The position numbers and the translations under genes were made by a program. A model generated the notes under the pieces. That model saw only the letters and a list, made by a program, of their open reading frames with translations, had not been told where the DNA came from and did no database searches. From contig BTVV01000007.1 in the NCBI GenBank assembly GCA_045863855.1, forward strand, positions 1 to 64,000: 64,000 nucleotides of DNA, written 5' to 3'. Shown piece after piece: positions 48,788 through 58,288 of the stretch (its first letter is position 1; every line of letters begins with the position of its first letter). Source of the DNA: Planctomycetota bacterium (GTDB lineage Bacteria; Planctomycetota; SZUA-567; H5-PLA8).

Positions 48788-50293
48788 ATGTCCCTGGACG
48801 CTCAAGCACCGCCAGGTTCGGCGCCCATCGGCGTTGCGCCCGTTCGCGGTCCCGAAGGCCGCGTTGCGCGATTGCGCCGCTTTAATCTGCTCCGCTATTT
48901 CACCGGAGCGGGGCTGCTGATCATTTTGGGAGTGCTGTTAGGTTCCGTCCTGGTGGCTGGCCGCGTCATTCACGATGTATCACTCGAAATCGAGCGCGAA
49001 GAAGCCGACAGTCTGGTGGAGGCCCTTCTTGAGCGCATGGCGTATCAAGGCTATGGCCCGGAACGCTGGGGCGAGCCCGTACTCGATCCTCATTTGAACG
49101 AAATCGTACGAGCCAAGTTGCAGAATTTCGGCATCTTGGAGTTTTCGCTTTACTCACCGGATCAGCGAGAGTTAGTCGTCTTTACCGCGCATGGTAAGCC
49201 ACGCGCCGCGCATCGCTCAGAAGCGTTTCAGGAGGCGCTAAGCGGGCAAACCAGCCTGCGCTGGCATGCCCGCTATGCCGGACCGCTCATTCTTTTGAGC
49301 GGTGAGGGCAGTTCCATCGACACTTATGTACCGGTCAAGGCCCCTGACGGACATATTCGGGGAGTCGCCCATCTGCACCGCAGTCTTGAGACCGTACTTC
49401 CCAAAACCCGCCTCATGCTGCCCAGGCTTGCGCTGGTCGCAGGAACTGCCGCGCTTATGGGTTTTTGGGGACTCTGGTTGCTGGTTCGTCACGCCGATCG
49501 ATTAATCGAACGCCAGCAACAGACGATCGACAGCTACAATCGCCAACTCGCCGAGCGCAACCGGCTGCTGGAACAGTACAACGAGCGCAAGGATGAGTTT
49601 CTGGCGATCTGCAGCCACGATCTGCGCAGCCCCCTCAACAGCATCTATGCGGGCTGCAAGGTTCTGGCCAGCAACCGTAAGGGGCTTCTCAATCCGGAAC
49701 AGGCGGAGATCAATGCCGAGAACCTGAAAAAGGTGAGTCAGATGCTCCATCTGATCGACAGCTTGCTGGATCTAGGACGCATCGAAGCAGGGCAAGAGGC
49801 TGTTGTCCCTGAATCTTTCGACCTGAATAGAGCCCTTCGAGAAGCCATTGCGATGGGATCGGCGCAAGCGGCGGAGCGAGGCGTCCAGGTCGAACTGGAT
49901 GCCGCGGAAGGCAATCCGGCGCTGGAAGCCGATGTGCACAAATTCGTGCGTATCATCTGCAACTTGCTCTCGAACGCAGTCAAGCATTCACCTCAAGGAA
50001 GTCACGTGCGCGTACGTGCCGTTACCCATGCATCTTGGATCCGAATCTCGATCACGGATCAAGGACCCGGAATCGCGCCCGAACAGCAAGCTTTGCTTTT
50101 CGATAAATATTCTGCATTGGCGCGCAGCAAGAAATCACGTTCCGAAGGCACCGGTCTTGGACTGGCCATTACCAACGAATTGGTGCGCCTCCACGGCGGC
50201 CGCATTGAAGTGGAAAGCGAATTGGGAAAAGGAGCCACGTTTACCGTAGTGCTGCCTCGCACCTACGAGGGCTCCGCAAGCGCTCAGGAGTGA
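48788..50293 (+). CDS. Membrane sensor histidine kinase
   Basis: Two TM helices; KDEFLAICSHDLRSPL; NLLSNAVKHS; DQGPGI; GTGLGLAI; GKGATF. Confidence 0.9.
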   Translation: MSLDAQAPPGSAPIGVAPVRGPEGRVARLRRFNLLRYFTGAGLLIILGVLLGSVLVAGRVIHDVSLEIEREEADSLVEALLERMAYQGYGPERWGEPVLDPHLNEIVRAKLQNFGILEFSLYSPDQRELVVFTAHGKPRAAHRSEAFQEALSGQTSLRWHARYAGPLILLSGEGSSIDTYVPVKAPDGHIRGVAHLHRSLETVLPKTRLMLPRLALVAGTAALMGFWGLWLLVRHADRLIERQQQTIDSYNRQLAERNRLLEQYNERKDEFLAICSHDLRSPLNSIYAGCKVLASNRKGLLNPEQAEINAENLKKVSQMLHLIDSLLDLGRIEAGQEAVVPESFDLNRALREAIAMGSAQAAERGVQVELDAAEGNPALEADVHKFVRIICNLLSNAVKHSPQGSHVRVRAVTHASWIRISITDQGPGIAPEQQALLFDKYSALARSKKSRSEGTGLGLAITNELVRLHGGRIEVESELGKGATFTVVLPRTYEGSASAQE

Positions 50294-50354
50294 CCTTGCC
50301 CTTCGGGATGAATCTCGATCAATGGCCTTCATCCCAAATCCCTTCCTGGAAATA

Positions 50355-50386
50355 AAGCGGGCAGCCGGAGGGTCGGCTGCCCGCTT
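50355..50386. terminator. Hairpin between convergent genes (possibly bidirectional terminator)
   Basis: AAGCGGGCAGCCG-gagggt-CGGCTGCCCGCTT 13-bp stem. Confidence 0.65.
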
Positions 50387-50418
50387 GCACTTTCCGGATA
50401 CGGCTCGGTCCGGCGCGC

Positions 50419-52314
50419 TTACTGTTTGGTGATCGGCAAGTAGCGGTAGTAGACCTCCAGGCACAGCGCGCCCATGGCTGTCATGTAGACGCGTCCGGCC
50501 ATCGTGTCGTCACCGCCGCCCAGCGGATCCCAGCTTCCGTCTTCCGCGCCGCCCTTGCGCTGATTGGGCAGCAGCATGTTCTTCATCGAATCGTTCCAGC
50601 GCTTCCAGTAATCGCCGCCCATCTGGAACATCGTCAGCGTGCTGTAGTAGGTGTAGTACATGGGGAAAGTGCGATTCCCGTCCAGTCCCTTGCCCAAACC
50701 CTTGTCCCACGTGGGCAGGGTCTGGGAGAGGTATTCCGCTCCGCCTTGCAGATCCGTGGCTTTGCGTCCCAGGAACAGATTGCAGAGCAGCCCGATGGCC
50801 GTGTTGTTCAGCGTCTCCTTGGAGCCTTTGGTGTAGGAGAAGCGCCCGCCGCTGTAGCCGTTCACCTCGCCTTTGATCTCGACGCTGTCGAAGAACTGCA
50901 ACGCGCCTTCGAAGCTCCCGGCGTCCACGCTCAGTCCGGCGATTTTGGCGCTCTTGAGCTGCATGACGAACCAGCCCGAAACGGAGGTATCGGCAGCCTT
51001 GGTCTTGGCGTGGTAGCGCCAAGCCAGCTTGTCGGAACCTTCGCCGTACTGGTGGATCTCCGTGGAATAGGTGACGGCCTTCTGGGCCGCGGCCTTGGTT
51101 TCGGCGATGCGTCCCATGGCCGAAGCTTCGGCCAGCGCCAGCCCGCAGATGGCGTGGTGATAGGCATGCCCGGGGTGCCAATGTTCTTTGTAATTCGCGC
51201 CGATGGCCCCGTTGTCCTGCTGCTGCGAAATGATCCACTTGATCGCGCGGCTGACGTTGTCCTTGTACTTGCCGACCTTCTCCGTATGCCCCGCGCCCAG
51301 GAAGGCCAGCGCCGCCAAGCCCGTCACGCCGGCGTCGACGTTGTTCTTGCCCTGATGCTTCATCGTGTCCCAGTGCCCGTCGGCTTCCTGATTCCGCGCC
51401 AGCCAGGCCAGCGCCGCGTCGACGGCCGATTCGGTCGCCACGCCGCCGCCGCCGCGCGTCGCCAGCCGGCGCCGTCCGCCGCCCAGGCGCTGCCCGAAGG
51501 CGCCGCCGCCACCGCCGCCCAGACCGATCGCCGCCACCGTGCCCACGCCGCCCAGCGGCACGTCCGATATCGCGCTCTCGTCTCCATGCGCGCTCTGCAT
51601 GTCCATGTTGTTTTCCGTCTCGACGTGGTCCGAGATTTCCACCTCTTCATGGACCACCACCGGCTGATCGACCGGCGGCATGTCGGAGACTTCGGTCGGG
51701 ACCGGTTTCTTGAAGATGTCGCGCGGCTTTTCCTGGTCGTATTCCTGTTCCTGCACCTTGGCCAGGTCCGTCACGATCACCACGTCGTTGGGGTTCGCGC
51801 GCATGATCGCCATGCCGATCAGGGTGAGCAGCAAGAGGAGCAGCGCATGGAACGCGCCGCTGACCATCCACCATGGCGCAGCGCCGAAGCTGTGCGAGAG
51901 GCTGTCGAAGAAGCCGCCCGGAGCGCCAACCAGTTCTTCTTCCTGCTCGTCCGGAAGGCCCAGGCCCACGCTGGAGAGCTTCTGCGCCGTCGTGTCCTGG
52001 CCTTCGGCTTCCAGGCGTGCCTTCAATTCCTGGCGGCGTTGGTGGCGCTGGCTGGCCTTGGCGTCGAAGTCGGAACTGATCTTCATGCCGCCGACCGTCT
52101 GCTGGACCATCTGCAGCATCCCCGCACGCTGCTCGAAGGCCTCGCGCAAGGCGGGATCCGATGCAAGTTGCTTCTGGACTTCGCGGAGATCCTCGGGAGA
52201 CAGTCGTCCGTCGGCCGCGGCACGCGCGATCTCGTTCACGTTGTGCCTAGTGACCACCAGGGTCGCGCCGGGTTCGAGGGTGCGGATCCGGCTGCTGGGG
52301 CGTCGAATGCTCAT
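50419..52314 (-). CDS. Membrane protein: anti-sigma-like N-terminus + TM + prenyltransferase/squalene-cyclase-like repeat domain
   Basis: ALAWLARNQEADGHW, TGLAALAFLGAG, WIISQQQDNG, DTSVSGWFVMQLKSA, YYTYY, LCLEVYYRY. Confidence 0.75.
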   Translation of the reverse strand: MSIRRPSSRIRTLEPGATLVVTRHNVNEIARAAADGRLSPEDLREVQKQLASDPALREAFEQRAGMLQMVQQTVGGMKISSDFDAKASQRHQRRQELKARLEAEGQDTTAQKLSSVGLGLPDEQEEELVGAPGGFFDSLSHSFGAAPWWMVSGAFHALLLLLLTLIGMAIMRANPNDVVIVTDLAKVQEQEYDQEKPRDIFKKPVPTEVSDMPPVDQPVVVHEEVEISDHVETENNMDMQSAHGDESAISDVPLGGVGTVAAIGLGGGGGGAFGQRLGGGRRRLATRGGGGVATESAVDAALAWLARNQEADGHWDTMKHQGKNNVDAGVTGLAALAFLGAGHTEKVGKYKDNVSRAIKWIISQQQDNGAIGANYKEHWHPGHAYHHAICGLALAEASAMGRIAETKAAAQKAVTYSTEIHQYGEGSDKLAWRYHAKTKAADTSVSGWFVMQLKSAKIAGLSVDAGSFEGALQFFDSVEIKGEVNGYSGGRFSYTKGSKETLNNTAIGLLCNLFLGRKATDLQGGAEYLSQTLPTWDKGLGKGLDGNRTFPMYYTYYSTLTMFQMGGDYWKRWNDSMKNMLLPNQRKGGAEDGSWDPLGGGDDTMAGRVYMTAMGALCLEVYYRYLPITKQ

Positions 52315-52934
52315 GGGGAAACCTCCGGGGTCAGCGGCGCATGGGCCGCGGTGTCCCCGGACGGGCGCGCGTACTTGCGCAGCTTCCGCGCCAGCAGGTC
52401 GTCGGCCCGCGCCAGACGGCTCTTGACCGTGCCCAAAGGCAGGTCCAGCACCGTGCCGAGTTCCTCGTAGGAGAGCCCTTCCCAGTACCGCAAAACTACG
52501 ATCTCGCGGAACTCGTCGGGCAGGGTGTCGATGGCCCGCGCGACGATCTCGCGCAAGTCCACCTGAGAATACCCGCCCGAAACGGGCTCGCCCACGCCCG
52601 GCTGCTGGCGTGCGGCTTCGTCCTGCTGCGCGCGGCGCTTACGGCGGCGCAGCACGTCCAGGGTGTTGCGACGGTTAATCTGCCGGAGCCAATGGCCCAG
52701 CCGCTGCGCGTCCTGGAGCGTGTGCAACTCCTGGAACGCTTCGCACAGCGACTCCTGGGCGACATCCTCCGCGTCGGGTTGGTTGCCCAGGATCGCAAAC
52801 GCCTGGTTCACCAAGTCCGCGCGAAATCGTTCGACCAGTTGCCAGAAATGCTCCGCAGGCAACGCATGCGATCCGGCGCCGTGAGCGACCCGGTGCCGAA
52901 CCAACGCTTGAATCATCGCGTCCGTCGTGGCCAT
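52311..52934 (-). CDS. ECF RNA polymerase sigma factor
   Basis: Region 2 DAEDVAQE...WL; region 4 LRYWEGLSYEELGTVLDLPLGTVKSRLARA. Confidence 0.9.
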   Translation of the reverse strand: MATTDAMIQALVRHRVAHGAGSHALPAEHFWQLVERFRADLVNQAFAILGNQPDAEDVAQESLCEAFQELHTLQDAQRLGHWLRQINRRNTLDVLRRRKRRAQQDEAARQQPGVGEPVSGGYSQVDLREIVARAIDTLPDEFREIVVLRYWEGLSYEELGTVLDLPLGTVKSRLARADDLLARKLRKYARPSGDTAAHAPLTPEVSP

Positions 52935-53180
52935 GCCTGCCCCCGTCCACCCCAGAGGGCGACCCGAGTGGGGAAAAGGTTCCCTGCTTTTCAGTATATT
53001 TCTTTGCACATCGTGCGCAATCGCTAAGCCGCATAAACCCAGCCAAGTAATTGGCGTGGCCAAGTACGTAGGCCACACTCTTTACATGCGCTTACCGAGT
53101 TCATGCACCGATTGCATGGCCTTGAAGCACGCGGACTTACAGAAGATTGGGGTATCGTGACAGATCAGGAGATCACACCC

Positions 53181-53930
53181 ATGCCCAAGCCCCAAGTGGC
53201 CTGTCAGTTGATCGTCTTTCGCGAGCGCTTGCCGGCCGAGATGGAAAGCGTGCTGAAGGACGTCAAGGACGCCGGGTACGCGGGCGTCGAGTACGGACTT
53301 CCCGAAGACCCGGACGTGCTCAGGAGATTCGAGGCCGCGCTGAACGAACAGCGCTTGGCGCTCTCGGGCAGCCACATGAGCTACTACAAGCTCGATCAGT
53401 TCGAGGCGCATCTGGCTTACTTGAAGCGCCACGGCTCGAACCTGTTGATGATTTCCACTACAGGCGACCGCAAAGACGGAGCGGCTTCGTACCGCCGCGC
53501 GGTGAAGGAACTGAACGTCCGGGGGCGGCAAGCTGCCGACGCGGGCGTGCGTTTCTGCTACCACAACCACTCCTGGGAGTTCAAAGAAGTATTCGACGGC
53601 GTCAGCGGCATGGACATCCTGCTCCAGGAGACCGACCCGCGATACGTTCACTTCTGCTTCGATACCTACTGGCTGGCCGACGGAGGCGTGGACGTCGTCG
53701 AGTACCTGCGCACCTACCGGGAGCGAATCGGCTGCCTGCATCTAAAAGACCGCAAGGCCGGAACCTTCACCGAAGTGGGGGCAGGAGAGATCGACTGGCC
53801 GGGCGTGTTCAGGGCCATCGAGCCGCTGAATCTGCCTTGGGTCGTCACCGAAAAGGACCGGACCGAGACCGATCCGGCGCTAAGCGCCCGGCAAAGCCGG
53901 GCCTACCTGCAGACCGCCGTCGGCGTCTGA
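53181..53930 (+). CDS. Sugar phosphate isomerase/epimerase (TIM barrel, IolE-like)
   Basis: AGYAGVE, CYHNHSWEF, FDTYW, LHLKD, EVGAGEIDW; AGGAG RBS. Confidence 0.88.
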   Translation: MPKPQVACQLIVFRERLPAEMESVLKDVKDAGYAGVEYGLPEDPDVLRRFEAALNEQRLALSGSHMSYYKLDQFEAHLAYLKRHGSNLLMISTTGDRKDGAASYRRAVKELNVRGRQAADAGVRFCYHNHSWEFKEVFDGVSGMDILLQETDPRYVHFCFDTYWLADGGVDVVEYLRTYRERIGCLHLKDRKAGTFTEVGAGEIDWPGVFRAIEPLNLPWVVTEKDRTETDPALSARQSRAYLQTAVGV

Positions 53931-53955
53931 CCCCCATTCAGGAAGAAACGCAGCC

Positions 53956-54936
53956 ATGCTACGAATAGGAATCCTTGGCGCCGGAAAGCGGGCGCACGGC
54001 CACCTGCAGATGCTCAAGCCGCTGGCGCAAGCCGGCCGCTGCCAACTCAGCGCCGTCTGGGACCCGGTGGTCCCGGCGCGGGAGGAACTGGCGCGCGATT
54101 GCGGCGCTCAGGCGGTCGGCAGCCTGGAAGATCTCCTAAAGGCAAGCGATGCGGTCATCGTAATCAGCCCCAATCGCTTTCACGTCGAGCAATCCATCGC
54201 TTGCCTGGAAGCCGGTAAGCACGTGTACTGCGAAAAGCCCTTGGCTTTGACGGTTGCCGATGCCGACCGAGTGGTCGCCGCGGTGGAACGAACGCGGCAG
54301 CTCTTCATGACTGGGTTTTCGATTCGCTGGAGCCCCGTAGCGTGGCATATGCGCCGCCTGCTGGACGAAGGCCGGCTTGGGAAGCTGCTGGCCGTCACCA
54401 GCCGCCGCATCGCCGGTCGCAAGGCGGGCGACGAGATACACCAGAGCGGCTGGCGCGCGGATGCTGCCCAAACCGGCGGAGTGCTGGCCGAGATCCTTGC
54501 GCACGAACTGGATTGGCTGCGCTGGGTGGGTGGGGAGGTGGTCAACGTGACGGCGCGGACCTTTACCTATCAATCCGAGGCGCCCCCCGCGAACGATCAT
54601 ATCGTCGCACAGATCCACTTTGCCAATGGGGGCGTGGGTACGTTAGAAGGGGGGTGGCGGGCCTTCGAATCGGAGTACTTCAAATCGATCTTCGGATCAC
54701 AAGGTGCAGCCATAACTCGGGATTGGCAGCGCGAACTTTGGGTACGCGCGGCTCATGAGGCGCAGTCGGCGAAGCTCGAATTAACCCCACCGCCAAGCAG
54801 CGACGAGATCTTTATCGAGGCCATTGAGAAGGGGCAGCAGCCGCCATCGGATGTTCACGACGGTCGCGCCATCGTCGCATTGACCGAAGCCGTGCACGTC
54901 TCGGCGATAGAAGGGCGAAGTATTTCAATCAAATAA
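53956..54936 (+). CDS. Gfo/Idh/MocA family oxidoreductase
   Basis: IGILGAG, AGKHVYCEKPLA, GGVLAEILAHELD. Confidence 0.9.
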   Translation: MLRIGILGAGKRAHGHLQMLKPLAQAGRCQLSAVWDPVVPAREELARDCGAQAVGSLEDLLKASDAVIVISPNRFHVEQSIACLEAGKHVYCEKPLALTVADADRVVAAVERTRQLFMTGFSIRWSPVAWHMRRLLDEGRLGKLLAVTSRRIAGRKAGDEIHQSGWRADAAQTGGVLAEILAHELDWLRWVGGEVVNVTARTFTYQSEAPPANDHIVAQIHFANGGVGTLEGGWRAFESEYFKSIFGSQGAAITRDWQRELWVRAAHEAQSAKLELTPPPSSDEIFIEAIEKGQQPPSDVHDGRAIVALTEAVHVSAIEGRSISIK

Positions 54937-55295
54937 AGATTCAATCATAAGCGACCCATTCAATAGATCCACCTAGCACCCTTAATTCATATAAAAATAA
55001 AATAATAAAATTACTATCTACATAAGTTATTACATAAAATAAACTTATGATATTAATTTTATAGTCAACCTAGGTACATATTTAATTAAAAGCTCGTTAA
55101 GCAACCCCGTTATCACTTCAGCTTAGAGTTTCGTCTCGCCTCCAAAACCTGCAAAGGGGACCATTGAATCCCCTGCCAATGAATTCAATTCCCTCGGAAT
55201 CTTCATGAAATACCTCGGGCACGCACCGGAATATCGAAACGCCGAAGCAGTGCGTTTGGCTCGGCGGGCGGAAAGGCAGGAGGTACCATACCGCC

Positions 55296-56546
55296 ATGTG
55301 CGCCCAGCCCATCCCGGCCAAGAAGCCTGCCCAAGGCGGCAACGGCTGCCTCTTGGTGTTTGGCCTTATCTTTCTAACGGCGGGGATCATCGTCAGCTTC
55401 GCTGCCGTCGGCATGGTCCATAAGGGTTACCGCGCCCATACCGCTTATCTCCCGGCTCAGGCCGTCATCCTCGATAAGCAGTTGATCGAGAACTCGGACA
55501 GCGACGGAACCACCTACCGGGCCGAGTTTACGTTCACGTTTCGAGTCGCTCCCGGGGCCGCGGAAGCCGGCGGCGACGGCATTCCGTACACCGTCAAAGG
55601 CTACGACGGGATGAAGACCTCCAGCAGCGGCCGCAGCAGCCATCAGGAGATTCTGGACGCCTACCAAGTCGGGCAGACCTACCCCTGCTGGTACGATCCC
55701 GACGATCCCAACCAGGCGGTGCTGGTAAAGCCCAGCCAATGGAACCTGCTTTGGCTTCTGTTTCCCGTCCCCTTCGTGGGCTTTGGGCTCTTTGCCGCGA
55801 GCATCGCGATCCGGAATTGGGCGCGCCGAGGCGAGCCGGACACGCCGCCGACGCCGGTCGCAGCCGCAGTTCCTAAGCCCGCTGCGGTTTCGGCCGCGTA
55901 CGGGGCGGGGGACCTGAATGCCGAGCAGGGATCCAAGTTGCCCCATCGGCTCAAGAGCGACACGGCCGAAAAGGCTGCCGCCATCGGGTTGGGCTGCTTC
56001 GGTCTGATCTGGACCGCCGTTTCTGGAACGATGTGGGTCGCATCGCTGAGCGGCGGAGATTGGTTGGGATTGATCTTCCTCAGTCTGTTCGTACTGTTGG
56101 GCCTCGGTATTCTGGGCGCCGCCGTCTGGCAGGGACTGATCGGCTGGGGAGTAGGGGTCACGACCGTGGAAGTCAGCACTCTCGATGTAGCGCCAGGGGA
56201 TGCCTTCCAGGTAATCGTCAGCCAGAGCGGGCGGGCGCTCCAAGTCAACCACCTGGCCGTGTACTTGGTCTGCGAGGAAAAAGCGACCTATCGCCAGGGC
56301 ACCGATACCCGGACGGCTACCGAAGTGGTGCTAAACGAACTTCAAACCGAACGCTCGGATTTCGTGGTTAGCCAGGGGCAGCCGGAGGAGCTGACCGCCA
56401 CCGTCACCGTACCGGCCGGCGCGATGCACAGTTTCGAAGCGGACAAGAACAAGATTGTCTGGAAACTCAGCGTCAAAGGCGACATCGAACGCTGGCCGGA
56501 CTTTAAGCGCGAATTTCCGTTCCGCGTGGTGGCACGCGCAAACTGA
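55296..56546 (+). CDS. DUF3592-like membrane protein with a C-terminal Ig/arrestin-like domain
   Basis: TM helices; YQVGQTYPCWYDPDDPNQAVL motif; AGGAGG RBS. Confidence 0.7.
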   Translation: MCAQPIPAKKPAQGGNGCLLVFGLIFLTAGIIVSFAAVGMVHKGYRAHTAYLPAQAVILDKQLIENSDSDGTTYRAEFTFTFRVAPGAAEAGGDGIPYTVKGYDGMKTSSSGRSSHQEILDAYQVGQTYPCWYDPDDPNQAVLVKPSQWNLLWLLFPVPFVGFGLFAASIAIRNWARRGEPDTPPTPVAAAVPKPAAVSAAYGAGDLNAEQGSKLPHRLKSDTAEKAAAIGLGCFGLIWTAVSGTMWVASLSGGDWLGLIFLSLFVLLGLGILGAAVWQGLIGWGVGVTTVEVSTLDVAPGDAFQVIVSQSGRALQVNHLAVYLVCEEKATYRQGTDTRTATEVVLNELQTERSDFVVSQGQPEELTATVTVPAGAMHSFEADKNKIVWKLSVKGDIERWPDFKREFPFRVVARAN

Positions 56547-56556
56547 GGAGCCGCTG

Positions 56557-56970
56557 ATGGATCCCGCCAGCCAAATCGAGATCCTGCTCGACGACCGCGA
56601 TCTGATCCTTCATCCCGGTGCAACCTTGCGCGGGGGCTGGCGCTTCAACAGCGCCGAATCGCTCGCCGTGCGCAAAGCCGAGGTCTTCGTCCTCTGGTTT
56701 ACCGAGGGCAAGGGGGATACCGACGAGGGTACCGTCTGGAAGCGGACCAGCGTGGAGGCCGGCTCGCTCAATGCCGGACGCGCGTTCCCGTTCGAACTCC
56801 AACTCCCGGCGGGACCGTGGACCTACGACGGCCGGATCGTCAAAATCCGCTGGGCGGTGCGCGTCTTCGTCACGCCCGAAAAGGGTCAGCCGTTCGCCGC
56901 CGAAGAACGCTTCCAGTTGCGGCCCGCAGGCTATACACGCCCGGCGGAGCCGGCGGCGGAAACCGCATAG
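56557..56970 (+). CDS. Hypothetical protein, arrestin/SpoOM-like beta-sandwich
   Basis: GAGGAG RBS; LWFTEGKGDTD...LPAGPWTYDGRIVKIRW. Confidence 0.65.
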   Translation: MDPASQIEILLDDRDLILHPGATLRGGWRFNSAESLAVRKAEVFVLWFTEGKGDTDEGTVWKRTSVEAGSLNAGRAFPFELQLPAGPWTYDGRIVKIRWAVRVFVTPEKGQPFAAEERFQLRPAGYTRPAEPAAETA

Positions 56971-56973
56971 CCC

Positions 56974-57657
56974 ATGACCACGCGCATGGGCGCTCCGGCC
57001 AATCCGTTCTGTACGCGCTATCACGCGCCTGGGAGCTTGGCGTTCGTCTTCGAACCGGCCCGTGGCGCCGCGTCGGCTGCCGAGTGCTACGCGCGCTTTC
57101 GATCCGCTGGATTCCGCGGCGAGATCGCAGGACCGCACGGAACCGGCAAAACCACGTTACTGCGAGCTCTGGAAGCCCAACTGAAAGCCTACGGGCATCC
57201 CACGGTCGCGGTGATGCTCCAATCCGACCGCCGGCGGATGCCCGTTGGCTGGGATCGTAGCCCGGTCGAGGCTGGGGCCTTCAGGCCCGGATCGCGCACG
57301 GTCTTATTCCTCGACGGCGCCGAACAGCTTTCGCGGTTCGATTGGTGGCGGGTCTGCTGGCGCGTCCGATCCCTAGGCTGGGGTCTTCTGGCGACCACGC
57401 ATCATTCCCAGAGACTACCGGTGCTGTACCGAACGTCCGTGGAACCGGCGTTGGCCCAGAATCTGGTGGCCACGATCCTGGCTCAGAACCCAAACTTGCC
57501 GCGTCTGGTCGATCCGTCCGAAGCCGTGCCCGTGCTTGAGCGCTCCACCGGCGACCTTCGCGAAACCATCTTTCGGCTGTACGACCTCTACGAAGCCCGT
57601 TGGCGCGATACCCAGGCCCGACCTTCCGCCGCCGCCCAGACCGGAACCCAAGGCTGA
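56974..57657 (+). CDS. Small P-loop ATPase
   Basis: N-terminal NPF; Walker A GPHGTGKT; Walker B-like LFLDGAEQL. Confidence 0.75.
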   Translation: MTTRMGAPANPFCTRYHAPGSLAFVFEPARGAASAAECYARFRSAGFRGEIAGPHGTGKTTLLRALEAQLKAYGHPTVAVMLQSDRRRMPVGWDRSPVEAGAFRPGSRTVLFLDGAEQLSRFDWWRVCWRVRSLGWGLLATTHHSQRLPVLYRTSVEPALAQNLVATILAQNPNLPRLVDPSEAVPVLERSTGDLRETIFRLYDLYEARWRDTQARPSAAAQTGTQG

Positions 57658-57699
57658 ACGTCTCCAACGGCGGCCCTACCCGGGCTTCCCCCGGGCACA

Positions 57700-57727
57700 A
57701 CATTACATAACGTAGATTATCGGACGT
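57700..57727 (-). other. XerC/D dif-like recombination site
   Basis: Minus strand ACGTCCGATAA-TCTACG-TTATGTAATGT, i.e. 11-6-11 geometry with ATAA/TTAT inner palindrome and a XerD-like TTATGT arm; intergenic. Confidence 0.65.
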
Positions 57728-57772
57728 TGATTGCAGGACTTTTTCGCGCCAACCAAGCCGCCGCAACTGCAG

Positions 57773-58285
57773 TTAGCGAGCTTCGAGCAGATCCAAATAC
57801 GCGCCTTCGATCAGGTCGGAACTTTGAATCTCCAGCTTGGCCATCAGGGCTTCGGCGATGCGCTGGCCATCGGCGGTTGATTGGCCGGGCGTCAAAACCA
57901 CTTCCAGCTCCATAAAGTCGCCCAGTTCTTCGACGCGATCCAGATGCACGCGGGTCTGGCCCACCAAGACCAAGGTCCGCTCTTTCTTGACGATCCCCCG
58001 CAAGCCCAAAGCCATGCGCAGCGTTTCTTGCAGCTTGCGGGGTTCCAGCGTCGGAGCGATACGGTAATCCGACAGCTTGGGACCGGCCAGATCCGGCCGC
58101 TCGTAGTAAATCAGTTCGCCCGAACCTTCATCGAAAACCCGTAGCTTCAGGCGTCCACTCGGCGTTCGAAAAAAGACGTCTTCCTGGCCGATCACGCGAA
58201 CGGGCTCGGTCGCCAGGGCTACTGCGCGCGCTTGCACCCCCGCCCGATCCCGCAGCCGGGCTTTAATTTCGACGTTCGAAGGCAT
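57773..58285 (-). CDS. CYTH domain protein (class IV adenylate cyclase-like)
   Basis: NVEIKAR (ExExK-like), QEDVFF, LKLR, KKER, HLDRVEELGDFMELE. Confidence 0.88.
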   Translation of the reverse strand: MPSNVEIKARLRDRAGVQARAVALATEPVRVIGQEDVFFRTPSGRLKLRVFDEGSGELIYYERPDLAGPKLSDYRIAPTLEPRKLQETLRMALGLRGIVKKERTLVLVGQTRVHLDRVEELGDFMELEVVLTPGQSTADGQRIAEALMAKLEIQSSDLIEGAYLDLLEAR

Positions 58286-58288
58286 GCC

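Noticed and set aside
50419..51450. Squalene-hopene cyclase / terpene biosynthesis gene
   Set aside because: Only QW-like repeats; no DXDD catalytic motif and no two-domain cyclase architecture
57773..58285. CYTH gene as a cyclic-nucleotide defence or signalling cyclase
   Set aside because: Most CYTH proteins are triphosphatases, and no effector genes are adjacent
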